This document shows, in pieces, positions 40,192 to 52,700 of a stretch of DNA of 64,000 nt (the stretch's first letter is position 1; every line of letters starts with the position of its first letter). The stretch is from Blasia pusilla (lineage: Eukaryota): the NCBI GenBank assembly GCA_050084515.1, contig CM114271.1:41850001-41914000 (forward strand). The letters are read 5' to 3'. The notes under the pieces are model-generated. The model saw only the letters and a program-made list of their open reading frames with translations. It had not been told where the DNA came from and did no database searches. The position numbers were made by a program, and so were the translations under genes.

Positions 40192-41129
40192 GAAGAAAAT
40201 AGACTCCGATCAGACATAACGTACATGTATCCAGGTTTCCCAACAATATAACTTTCCTAAAATTCATGTATGCCTAAACATACTACAACATACGTGAGAA
40301 AATCACAATTGAAGAGAGGGACAATGCGAAGGGCTTGTTAAGTAGCTGTAATATAGTTTTTTCACGAGTATCCTTTTGACCAACTATTTTAAATCCTTCG
40401 CACATGTCACCCATTAAGTAGACTCCATTAGCTAGATGGTTCACAACATACATTAGTAATGTATGAAACCAAATACATTTAACCACTCTACAATTTTTTC
40501 CAAGCCAAGGTATAGTAATAATGGGCCCATAAGGTTGTGGGCCGAGTAGGGTATGGATTATGTGAGGGTAGATATTAAGCATCCTTGTGAAAAAATAATC
40601 TTATGCAATTTCTTATAAGGACACAATTGGTCATCATCATAATCACTTGAGAGGGGCAGGGGGTGGGCAATATGAATTTGACTTCAGGGTGTCAATGGTT
40701 TATGGTGATGGGCTACCTAGCTTGTAAGGTATAGTTTCATAATTGGAGATGGCAACAAATGACGAATGAATACAATGTTCCACTTGTAGACAAACACATC
40801 CTAATCAAGAGACAATTCACTAAAATGTTTTAGCATTTTAGGGTTTAGGCTCCAAAAAGTGCTCCAAAAAGTGTTGAATGGACAAATTTAAAAATTGACT
40901 TGATATAAATATTGAGTTTTGCAATTGTGGCCGTTGATTCAAAGGATATGAGTGTCATTTTCAAAATCAAAGGATAGGAAACGGCAAGTGTCTATATATA
41001 GTCATACCACCTACCTAGTATTCAAAGAGGCTCAACCCTCTTTGTATCAAAAGTGGCTACCCTGCAAACTACACCAAAAGCCACGAGATTCTGTTCAGAC
41101 AAGATGAATCCCATCTTACCACCTGAAAA

Positions 41130-41717
41130 TCAAATCCATGAAATATGGTCTCTCAAAGGAGTCTGATGTGTGGGATCAACTTTGTGGTGGTGGCAATAAA
41201 ACCACCACCTATCATCGCCACATGCAGCATGGTCATACATAATCCTATCACATGCATAACCCTTGCTCATTGCTTCGTTCAAGCAAGTCCAGTGCCATGC
41301 AATCAGACACCTAGGACAATACACCATGTCCTCCGAGAACTCCTCATCGCGCTTATGGCATCCTCGGCAATAATGCATGGGGTATGCCTCCATTTTCGGA
41401 GGCAAACAAGTAAAACAAAAAAATCTCACACAATACGTATCTGGGCACTGTCTCACACGAAGCTCCGATTCCTCACTTTATGCAAATGTTCCTTGTATAC
41501 CACAATTGGCACACTTGGCCGTCTTCTTCACACAATCTAGGAAAAACCAGCTCCCTACGTGGTTAGGTGGAAGATCTACCCCAGGACAAGCATTTTCTAT
41601 AGCCCCGGCTGATTCTGAAGTTGTGTTGAAATGTCTAGCACAAGGTCCGTCGCAAACAACCAACTCCTCCCCATCCTCACAGATTGCACAAATGTGGGCT
41701 GCCTTCTAGTGAATCGG
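41130..41717 (-). pseudogene. EDM2-like tandem PHD-finger pseudogene, interrupted by MULE-B; probably continues at 54204-54262
   Basis: ICAICEDGEELVVCDGPCARHF...KCANCG...QCPDTYCVRFF...HYCRGC...CPRCLIAWHWTCL...FYCHHHKVDPTHQTPLRDHI follows the EDM2 PHD region pattern (CAICDNGG..CCEG.C.RSFH...YC..H.ID....TP.RDH). In-frame stop and lost cysteines. Confidence 0.8.
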
Positions 41718-44134
41718 GAGTGCACTCGGGGGCAAGTATTCTGACAGGAGAGAGTAAGAGAGGAGAGGAAGAGAGGAAGAGAGGGAGAGAGGAGAGTCTC
41801 TCTTAAAAAAAAAGGGCCAAATCCGCCTCCTCTCTTCAAAACTTTTTGACATATTTGAAATTTTTGTTTGCTTTAAAATTCAGGAAATCTTTAGAAGAGA
41901 GTATTTAGTGGTCCACATTTGGCCCTAAAAAAACCTCCTCTCTCTTGGGGGCGAGAAAAAAGGAGACATCATAAGACCACCCTAAACATTTTTCCATCAC
42001 TCTCCATGTGAGCCTAAGTTTCTTAACATTCCCTGTCTCGGTCAACAAAAAGCACTGCCCTTGGTATTTTTGTTGGAGGACCTCCCGGATGGGTACCTCT
42101 TTTGCAGGATTGTTGCTGCATCATGGCCTCCCTAAATTGCCCCATAACCAACTTTCATCGGGTTATGAATGGTGTCTGCTCAAGACCAACTTTCTGAAAT
42201 GTGAACAAATCAGATCCTAAGGCTGAGAAACCGAGAAGCTGAACCCCTCCCAACCTGTAAGAAAGCTCACCATAAGAAAAGGAAAGATTTTTAGAAGTGA
42301 TTTTCTTCCACCCTCGCACCCACGACGATCTAACGGGTTGGGAATCCGAAATGGCAATCCAAGCGGTGTAGTAGGAATCTGCATATCTTAGACAAGAAAA
42401 GAAGCCTACAATCTGGTTGGACAAATGAAGGGAACGAGCCAAAAGTCAAGAAGCCCGCCACAATGCGCCGTGGTTGGTCTCACCGGATAGAGTCCGATCA
42501 CTCAGTAAATCAACTGTCGGAACCGGACAGTCGCTCGAAATGGTTGAAAAGTTGCAAAGTGGGCAAAAGCAAAAAGTCGAATCACACGGGTTGCAGAATT
42601 GTAATTCTGAGAGCTAAAAGAACACAATCCACAAGTCCAAAAACATATTCCAGCAAACTTTTACAAACATCATTATGGGTTGAAAAAATCTCGTCCTTTA
42701 TTACCTCCGAAGGAACCTCGGAAATGTTCATTTCACCTAGTCTATGATTTCCTGAGCCTCGTCATCTACAAATTTACTCCTAACTCTCCTCGGTGACAGT
42801 ACCAAAGGAATGTCCTAGGATTCAAGTGGCTCCTCTGGCCGATTGTAGACGGGGATCGAAAATGTTGGCGAATTCGAGAGCCTTGGCCCCCCCCTAGGTA
42901 CACCATAACGGTCCCATGTAACCTATCTCGAGTCCCACCGCCTTCCTCGGCAGTATACCTTGTACGCCCGCAATGTGACACCCATCCAAGATCAATATCG
43001 CTCCGTCCCCGGTAATACCACTATGGCAACCGCACAGGTAGAAGGAATCCAACACGTCTGAGAGAAGAAAAGAAGCCTACGCCTGCCTTTACGAGTTGAG
43101 GGGAAGGTGCCAAGGGAAGAAGCCCGCCAGACTACCTCTTAAGTTGGACCAACAGGGAAAGGGTTCGATCAAGCAACCTGTCGGAATCAGACAGGTTGCC
43201 TGGAGGTGGTAAAAAGGGTGCAGTGGTCAAAAAGCGAAAAGTTGCAAGGAGGAGAAATCCGACGGGTTGCAGTGGTCATAAAGTGAAAGTTGCAAGCAAG
43301 AGAAATCCGACGGGTTGCAAAGTAGAAGTCCGTGAAGTACATAGACGATCACATTCGAAAAGAAAAAATGATCAGCAAACATTTACAAGCACCACCATCG
43401 ATCGAAAAAATCTTCTACTTTATATCATCCGAAAAAAGCTCGGAACTGTACATTTGATCTATTTTATGAAATCTTTTGCCTCATTATCAAAAAACTCCCT
43501 ACTCCAAACGCTGCAGTCAAGCTAGGTTGTTGAGTTCTTTGAACTCACTCGTCATCGTCCGAGAGCTCTTGCAAAATCACTTTCGTCCTTGCCCTCCCGA
43601 TTTTGGGAATCGTTGGAAGTGACGATGGAGTCACTACCAAGGGTGGCTCTAGAACCGGAGCTCTCGGCTTCGGTGGAGAGTTGTACGCCCCAATGAGCCT
43701 TTCGTATTCTGCCTTTGCCTCCTTGCAAAGGTCAAACAGTTTCTGCCTTCCCTTTAGGCAGAGAATGTTCCTGCCACTCTGCCAGGCGCCTTTGATACTT
43801 GCCCCTGAAAGTCCCACTAAGTCGAACACCAAATCACCCGGCCTTGAGCAGAGCTCGATGAGCGTTTGCATCAGGGCTCGCGACTTTTCCCTTCCTCCCA
43901 GAAGTGGGATACTGTCTTGCATGTAAATTCCCGGGGGGGAATTGTACAAACTATCTAAGCTGTACCCATCTGAGCATGGATCCACAGGATCCTAGATCTT
44001 GAACACCTGGAAATTGTGCTCGGGCGAACGTAATCAGAGAGCGAGGGAGTGGTCCATCTCAGTAAATCAAAGACGTTGGAAACAATGTCGAAACTAAAGA
44101 AGTCGCCTTGAGAACATTTTCAATAATCGACTTT

Positions 44135-44520
44135 GGATCAACTCGCCGGAGTCCGACGGGTTTTTTGTCCGGACCAACCGCCGAAACCCGGACGGGTTGC
44201 GATTGCTGCTGGGTTTTCCCGGTTGATTTTGGTTTTGGATGCAACCCGTCGGAAGGCGACGGGTTCTTCGGCCTGGAGCGATCCATGCTCGCTTTGAGAA
44301 TAACCCGTCGCTATCAGACGGGTTGAATCCAAAAACCAAAATCAACTGGGAAAACCCAAAAGCAACTGCAACCTGTCGGGTTCCGACGGGTTGCAGGTAC
44401 ACCGCGGTTTTCCCTGTGTATGTGGGAAAGATGCAACCCGTCGGAAACCGACGGGTTGCTCTCAGCCAAGCATGGGCTGCTCTAAGCCAGCAACCCGTCG
44501 CCTTCCGACGGGTTGCTCAC
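44135..44520. repeat. Palindrome array (GCAACCCGTCGG-NNN-CCGACGGGTTGC) in cargo intron 3
   Basis: About 7 copies; perfect example at 44433-44459. Confidence 0.9.
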
Positions 44521-46639
44521 GGACAAAAAAAACCCAGATTGACTCTCATTCTACACATCATCATAAGATAATTGAAATTATTGTACAGGAATTGAGCCTT
44601 ACCCGAATCTGACTCTTCGCGGATCAGAGTGGGTACTCGCTTTTGATGATCCACGATTGTGCCGTCCTCCACTTTAGCGACCTCTTGACGCACTGGAGGT
44701 TGAAGAGCTCGTCCTCTCTCCCTCCAGTCAACACCAAGAAGCAGCCCCTGTCACTCAGATAGGCGTCTGCGAAGGAGAACAAAAGTGCAATCGGGTCATA
44801 ACTGAGCGGCACATTCCACTCAAGTACCTCGTCCGACGGATTCTCGCCCCAAAGTCGCAACCCCGAGGGCAGATCGGCGATCAAGAGATCCACCGCAACC
44901 TCTTCGACCACTCCATTCAACGTCGAGGCAGCGTGCCCGTTTCGTTGGAGCTTCCGTCCCAGCGTTGTCAATTTTTCGATGGCTGGTGTCGACGCTTGAG
45001 AACTGAAGCTCTTCAGCTCATCCAGTAAAGGAGTGGCGAAGGAGGACGCTTGTCCGGGTCGTTGTTTGTCTGTGTCTTCCCAAGGATGATGGGTTGTATT
45101 CTCCTTGGGACAACCCGGGCACCTCTCGCTTCCGCTTCTCCCTAGCCTGGGGACGGCTTGTCGGGGTTTCTATGACCTCGGATTCTGGTGGCGTTTTTTT
45201 TGCCGAGGACCTGGTCCAACCCTCTCTCCCCGCTCGTCTAGACGATTCCGCCTCTGGCCTTGAATCTTCAGCCTCTCTTTGGGAAGACTCGGCCTCTGAA
45301 TTTTTCCCTCCCTCGCCTTGCCTTTGAGACCCGCTGTGGATTTGTCTTTGGCTGTCCAGACCTTGGAAGCCAACTCAGCTGTCTCGTGGGCCTGCTCTTC
45401 TGCATCTCCTCCGAAGAAGTCTTCAGGCTAGACGAAATTGGGGATGTCGTCTTGTCCTAAGGCGACTGCATCATGAAGCACTCGTAAGTCCTTATCCGTG
45501 ATGTCTTCAGGGTCGTTGAAGTCGAGCCAAATGGGGCAATTCTCCACCTCCCAATCGGACATGTGCTGCCCCATCTCCACGTCATACATGGAGAATGTCT
45601 CTGCATCCAGCGGCAAAGCCCACAATTTCAAGGCTACCGGTAATTTTCCCCACGTACCTGCGTTCTTACACTGGACGAGGTACCTGAAGACCATTTGTTG
45701 GGCAGCTTTTAGTCGAACAGAATCGGCCGTCTGCTCCTGTAGATCTCGCTTCTTCTTCGCTTGATCCCGTTTGTTCCCCTCTACTTCTTCGTCAAGCTCT
45801 GCCTGAGGGAGGACGCAAACCTTGAACATGGTCTTGAATCTTGGGTTTTTTGTTGGCTTGTCCCGGATGTCGTCGAGCCAAACCTCGTAATCTCCAGAAC
45901 TTTTAAGGTTTGCTTCCGGCGGAATGGGCTCTAATCTTCTGAGCTCCGCTTGCAGACCGTCCAGCACGGACTTCGCGATTACCCGCAACGCGTCCTTGAA
46001 CGACCATTCGCGTAGCCAATGCAAGATCACTAGATCAGACACACCCGGAGGATGGTGTGCCGCCCTCTTCTGGGCCTCTGAGCCCTCGAGACTGATTTTC
46101 ATCAGTCGTATCCTCCTGAACTCGCTTATCCTGGACAACGCAAACCGATGCACGCGATCTAGCGACACTTTCTCCCCAATCCGACCATGCGGATCTTCAT
46201 CCCTCTTCCGCTGGCGCTTGATAATCGCCTTCAGCTCATTGTAGAACTTTGGACCAAGTTCGGGGTTGAGAATGCTTATGTATCGCTGCATCTTGCTCGC
46301 CGTGTATTTCGTTGCAGCAGATACTGCAACTTGGATGAATTTGGCACGCTCAGACGCAGATACCTTCTCCCTCTGCTCCAACTCCAGTGCAACGCTTTTC
46401 TTCACGGCCTGTATCTTCGACCAACAAAGGATGGTTACGGTTGCATCTTGAGAAATAAACTTGTTTGCCCAAGTTTTCTTCTTAATCTGAGCACCCTTTG
46501 CAAGCATCTGATTGACGAGGGCATCGCCCAAGAACCCCCTGTACTCTCCCGGGTGCGTCGTAAGCACCTTCCTCACCCGATCACAGTCCTAGATCCAGTG
46601 GTGGGTGACATTCCCCTCCGATACAATCCTGCACATCCA

Positions 46640-47275
46640 AACTCAACCCGTCAGGAAATTACATGGGTTCCTGCAACCCGTCGAACTCCGACGGGTCGTC
46701 ACAGCTCAAGGTCGGATTCTAGCAACGAGCTTAATGATGCAACCCGTCGGAGTCCGACGGATTGCATTCAGATTTGCTAATGCCTGGTAAGCAAACTGTC
46801 GGAGTCCAACGGATTGCTCGATAGGCCGCCTTGTGAGGGTGTTTTTTTAAGAATGCAACTCGTCGGACTCCGACGAGTTGCTCGAGTCCGACGGGTTGAT
46901 ATGGGGAAAAATAGCTTCGAGGCAAGCAACCCGTCGGACTCCGACGGTTTGCTTTGGGGAAAAAACCTTCTAAACCTGCAGTCACTCGAACAACTCGTCG
47001 GAGTCCGACAAGTTGCATTCTTCAAAAAGCATCCTCACAAGGCGGCCTGTCGAGCAACCCGTCGGACTCCGACGGTTTGCTTTGGGCCAAAAACTAGTTA
47101 AATCTATGTTCAATCAAACAAGTTGTCGGAGTCCGACGAGTTGCAATCTTAAAAAAACATCCGAAAAAGCGTGCAGTCCAGCAACCCGTCGGAGTCCGAC
47201 GAGTTGCTTTCGGCAAAAACAAACCTAACCCATTCATCAATCGAGAAACTCGTCAGAGTCCGACGAGTTGCGAAA
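46640..47275. repeat. Palindrome array in cargo intron 2
   Basis: About 11-12 copies, mostly at ~60-65-bp spacing. Confidence 0.9.
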
Positions 47276-48738
47276 GTGTTAAAGATACTCATGTGTTCAT
47301 GGCATGCATTGCCATCTCCACCGTCGCCATGTGATGAGGGTATGGGTGAAGGACCACTGCCTTCACGCAAAAATGTGCCTCCAATGAGTTGGGCCGCTCC
47401 TCCGCAAACTTGGTCCACGCCATGAACTTGTGATTTCCATCCCAGATGAAGAAATGCAGATTCCTCATCCAGCTGAATTCCGTGCCCTCAACTTGCCTTC
47501 TGAAGTCCTGGTCTCGCATCCTCCAGAATGTGTCAAGCTTTTCCAAGTCCTCCTCGGTAACCAGAGCTTGGGTTCCATGCTCTTTGTAAGGCTAAACATA
47601 GAAGGGAGGAAAGCTGTCGACGTAGGATGCTATCGCCGCCGATTGTTTTAGCCCGCGATGTCCTCGCTCGGACTGAATTTTTGGACGTATTCCATTGTCC
47701 GCAATCGGCAGAGTGGAATCCTCGGGGCATTGTGGCTCTCCATGAGTGCCATCTGCTTTACCACCTGTCAGAACCGAGACAAGAGGAATAAGCTACACTG
47801 AAATCCCAATGAATTGCAATTCACATAATTCAAAAAACCCAGAACCTCTCTTACCCGCTCGAAAATGGGGTCGGTTTCTTGACCAGCTAACTTGTCTGAG
47901 ACAAAGGCTGGCAAATCGACTGGAAACTCGTCGATCCGATAGAGGTCGATGTCCTCCGCCGGGCTTGGAGTCGAGAATGACCGCTCTCCGGCTTCTTCGG
48001 CCATGTCCACCATCTCCACGTTGGCGGTCCTCATGACCTCGTCGTCATCGATTTCAACTTCTGTTGTTTCCACTATGTTGATTGTGTCCCCGGACTTCGT
48101 GGGGGACATTTCCCGCATCTCAACACTTGCGGTTGGACGGGCTGGGCTATCGTCAATGGCTATTGCTTTTTCCCTCCTCGCTTTAGCCAATTCTGCCCTC
48201 CTCACCGACGCGTCCAGGCGCTTCTTTTCTCTCTTTTCGTCGGCGATCCTTTTCTTCAAGGCCTGCAACGTCTCGGCCTCTGCGTTCTGTTAATCTAGCG
48301 CCTCTTGAACACGTCTTGCAAGAAGCACTTGGTTGTGCATCTCCGCTTCCCTTTCCCGCTCCTCGATTTCCTGCTGCCTAATTTCATTCGCCGAACGAGG
48401 CCCAGGAGAAGCTGACGGAGGAGTCCTAATGGACTTGGGAGTGAAGCTCCCTGACTTGTTGGCTTGTGATTTTTTCCTCGTCATTTTTTCCGGAAATGCC
48501 TCCACCTATGTCCATGACGAATTCCTTGATCAGTCGCCTTGCTGATGTCGAGATGGGGCGTCGAATCGTCCCGCTATCGCTCCGTCGAACGCTCTCGCCT
48601 CGTTTCTCCTCCTATCGACTCGCTACCATTGTGCATGCGGTGAAATGCCCTTCAGATCGATCAGTTGCTCGCTGGAAGAGTGAGGAGTGAGGAATGAAGA
48701 TCGCAAAATGAGAAACCAGAAATGAGCGATTTCTGCCC

Positions 48739-49699
48739 TATTTATACTTTTCTAGCCGTTGGGCTGACCGTTGGGTCCCGTCATCCTTTCCACGGCGACG
48801 TGCCGGATGTTACGGAAGTCCGGACGTGAAAAATGGCAACCCGTCGGAGTCCGACAGGTTGCGCGGCTCCGCCATCCTGGGTACGTCGCCACGTGCGCGA
48901 GCAACCTGTCGGGGACCGACAGGTTGAGCGGCTCCGTCGTCTTCAGAAAAGAACGCGAGGTACCTGCGCAACCCGTCGGAGACCGACATGTTGCGCGCCT
49001 CCGCCATCTTGGGTACGTTGCCACGTGCGCGAGCAACCCGTCGGAGACCGAAGGGTTGAGCGCCTCCGTCATCTTCGGAAAACAACGCGAGGTACCCGCG
49101 CAACCCGTCGGAGCCCGACATGTTGCGCGCCTCCGCCGTGTTTGGGACGGGAACGGGACGTATCTTGGGCAATCCGTCGGAGACCGTTGGGTTGCACGCT
49201 TCCCTCATCAAGGGTTAGGAACGAGGGCTTCCCGTGCAAGTCGTCGGAGTCTGGCGGGCTGCACCACAAGGCGAGGCCCTTGGGCAACCCGTTGGAGGGC
49301 GACGGGTTGCACGCCTTGCCGTCTTTGGGCTAAAAGGCGAGGCACCCGCGGAACTCGTCGGGAACAGACGGTTTGCACGCCTCCGGCATCTTCGGGCAAG
49401 AAGGATCGGTATCCGAGCAACTCGTCGGAGAGCGACGGGTTGCTTGCTTCGACAATGTTTAGCATAAGCGTGCAACCCGTCCGATGCCGACGGGTTGCAG
49501 GCTTCGGTTAACTTCGGGTAATTTCCGAGTTACCAGGACTCCGACGGGTTCCAAGTGTGATACGCAACCCTCTGCTTCCCAAATCCGGTAACATATTGCA
49601 ACAGAATTGAATGTGTTACAAAATTGGATCCATTGTGTCAGACAATGTCACCCACCGAATTCATCTGTCAGGAGTATCTGTTTCCTATTCACTATAAAT
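48739..49699. promoter_or_regulatory. Putative bidirectional promoter: outward-facing TATA boxes flanking a palindrome array
   Basis: TATAAATA on minus (48739-48746) and TATAAAT on plus (49693-49699). About 11-12 palindromes at ~65-bp spacing from 48836 to 49550. Confidence 0.55.
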
Positions 49700-49750
49700 T
49701 AAATATTCTCATTCTCATTCTCAGTCTCCTCCCGTTGGAATCTTCTTGGA

Positions 49751-52700
49751 ATGGATAATTATGTTAAGCTCACTTGTGGCAGTCATCTGACGGCCCTTCC
49801 TCAATCGGAAATCATTCGACCCCAAGCTCGTGAGTCTTTCATAGCAGTGGATGAAAATTTTCTGTCTGATCGATTTCTTCTTCAAATTGGAACCATCTTT
49901 GTATCCAAAGATGTTAGGGTGGATGGTATGGAAGACATAATAGGTGAGACGGTCCAGCCAGTGACCTCAGACCGTAAAGTATGGAATCTCCTACCTCTAC
50001 CAAATGGTCAATACAGAGTTTACGGCCTGCCCCTGAATTCGTCTGTTTCCCAAGTAGACGGTCTAGAATTTCCTAGTGCTCCGAGCTCTACGTTTGCAAC
50101 TCCAAGCTCTGCAGATCCGGCTTCGACTCCAACTTTGCACGCTCGTAACAATGTTGGTTTTCCAGAATAGATTCCGGATGTTATCAACCTCAGTGGATCT
50201 GTCGGGCACCAATCGGGCCCTCTCTCCGCCTACTCGTTCCTCTTGCGAGTATCAGGCAATAGTTTGCTTTCATCTCTGCCCTTGAAAATGTTCAAGCACA
50301 TTCTTGTCGACGAGCTGCCGCCCACGTACGATGGTAATTGCATTTTTGAGTTGCCTCCACTTGTTGCTCCTGCTCAAAAGAAGGATGGAGGACGCCTGAA
50401 GGGTATGGACAGAAAGTCTGATTGTCATCGATAGTGTAGGCTTCAACGGACCAGTGCTTCAATTCCAGATGGTCCTTGGATTGTCTCCCGCCGCCAATGC
50501 GTGGGATCCTTGGAGTGTAGAAGTCCAGCATGCCCGTATCTAGAGCGTAACGGGCAAGTCAATACGTCGCAATTCCCTCCCAAGAATGCAGAAACTCCAT
50601 ACGAGGTCTGTGCCACCATACCGCCCGGAGGCCATCGATGTCCTCATTGTCAAGCATCGCCCTTCTGCGTTGGAGCGTGTCCTGCATACATATTTTTCAT
50701 TGTCCACGACTTGGGCTCCATGTCAGAGTAAACAAGGCTGGTTGTCCATGTTGGCTCCCACACTCATCCTGTGACCGATGCAATTCAAAGACACATCAAG
50801 GAGGATGTGGCGAAGAAAGTAGCCGAGGTCTACAGAAACTCTCCGGGTTCAAAGCCCGGAGTGATCAAGCTCACAACGGCATCACAAATTTGTGAACAAT
50901 TGCTTGGAATCCCAGGACAGGGCGAGATCACAGCGGTTGAGGAGAAACAACTCTGGGAAAATCTCGCATTTCTCGCTGAACCTGAATGCTTCCGGAATTT
51001 GCTGCGTCAGATATGAGTTCTGGATGGAATGACGGCCGAAATGGATGCCATCGCCAGAATCAAGGCCAACTCCAGATTTCCATTCATTCAGAGATGGCAG
51101 TTCATGGGCCAAGGAGGCGAGGGATCTAGGGCCTATGTCTTCAAAATATCAACCACAGGTCCGTCAAGTGGCCTCGATCTTATAGATCGAATGAGGGAAG
51201 GGGAAGATCTTTACGGGAGCTGGGTAAGCTTTGATATTTGCTACAGAGTGCTGAACGGATGGTTGACGATGGATGCTCACGTTTATGACCATGTGGAGAA
51301 GGGACTCAAAACTATATTTGTCTGTGAAGTAAAGGCAGAAGACGTTGGCATTTTGAAGATGTGCTGGTTACTCTTATTGGAGGTGGTGAAGGAAAACAAA
51401 AGGCCACCTCTGGAAATTTATGGGTTCATGGCAAACAATGCACAACCTGGGTGGATTGCTATCCGGGAAGTGTTCTCGGGTGGAGAGGTTCAACCGGAGA
51501 GGGAAAGATCGGATGCTTTCCATTGGCAACAGTCTGTGACCCGGTACACCAAATCTTGCATCAAGGAGAATAAGAGGACAGAGCATGTCACTCTACTCCA
51601 ACGCAAGGACAGACAAAAAACCTTGAAGTAGGCCATGGAATGCCGGGGAAGAACTTCATGGGTGGTGGAGGAAGCATGCGATTGAGGGGAAGTACAAAGA
51701 GTTGTGCTCTTGGTTGAGTTGGTGGACTGTACGTATGAGACAATGGGGAAACTTCATGCGGCAGGTGAGTTCAGTATTTTGTCTTGTCAAGCTCACGCTG
51801 AGAATTGTTTGTAAGGTTGTAGCTCAGGATGAGAAGCGTGGGAATTATATGGATTTCAAACCCAAGAAACCAAGCAAGCTGTCGGATGCGACGGGTTGCC
51901 CGAGTGTGCAACCCGATGGAAACCGACGGGTTGCCCGAGTGTGCAACGTGACGGAAACTGACGGGTTGCCCAAGGGTGCAACCCGACGGAAACCGACGGG
52001 TTGCATCCAGATGTTTGGTGTCGTCCCGAGTGTGCAACCCATCATGATCCGACGGGTCACAGAGTCGTTTATGGGATGCCTCGGCCTTGCAACCCGTCGG
52101 GTTCTGACGGGTTGCAGTAGGTGGGTTTAAGGTTACAAAACGTCGGGACCCGACGGGTCGCAGAGTCGTTCATGGGATGCCTCGGGCCTGCAACCCATCT
52201 GGTTCCGACAGGTCGCTTATTTCTTTGACTCCTGAGTTATTTTCGTTCCCTTCTAACATTGCCATCTTTGTAGGGATTGAACGTTCATGAAAATGCCCTC
52301 TGCCCCAACACAAGTGGAGCAGAAAGTGTTCATTCCTCTTGGAGGTCATCACAAGCATGCCAACGAATTTCTCTTGTGGAGGCATGCCAACAAGACCAGG
52401 CAAGAGCAATGCTACAGTCTGCAACATCCCATATCTTTCTCACAAAAGGCATAACAAAAGGAAAAGGGCCGTCGATCTACGAGCTCTATGTCGTAGGTAA
52501 TTTGTGAGATCTGGTGATGAAAAATTGTATGTAAAGCCTTCAACCGGTGCGTAGTGGAACTCCACTCGAGCAAGACGTACACATAGGTGGGGATATTCGT
52601 GGGCGGGTTTCAAGACGTCCCATACAGATGGTGGTAGAGCAGTCCGAACGAGACTCGTGGAGACCAGATAAGTATCTTGACTTCAGGGAGGTGAAGAGGC

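Larger units (their letters stand above)
43545..48630 (-). pseudogene. Cargo gene: charged/coiled N-terminus, ParB/Srx-like domain, helical region and beta-class N4C/N6A DNA methyltransferase-like domain; 4 exons (~48630-47855, 47764-47293, 46628-44603, 44057-43545)
   Basis: FFIWDGNHKFMAW (DGNH at 47430-47441). VDLLIADLPSG (motif IV position, 44864-44875) lies upstream of EKSRALMQTLIELCSRPGDLVFDLVGLSGASIKGAWQSGRNIL (motifs X-I-II). Splice junctions keep frame; the intron-2 donor reads ATGAGT (mutated GT). Several stops and frameshifts; start uncertain. Confidence 0.7.

Noticed and set aside
48752-49511. Many overlapping ORFs up to 246 aa with QPVG..RVA repeats (also 44059-44612, 46731-47425, 51771-52130)
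   Set aside because: Open frames are a by-product of the GC-rich palindrome arrays in introns and intergenic DNA.
48836-49550. CRISPR-like appearance: 27-bp palindromic repeats with ~38-bp spacers
   Set aside because: Spacers are homologous to each other (alternating types), repeats are degenerate, there are no cas genes and the context is eukaryotic.
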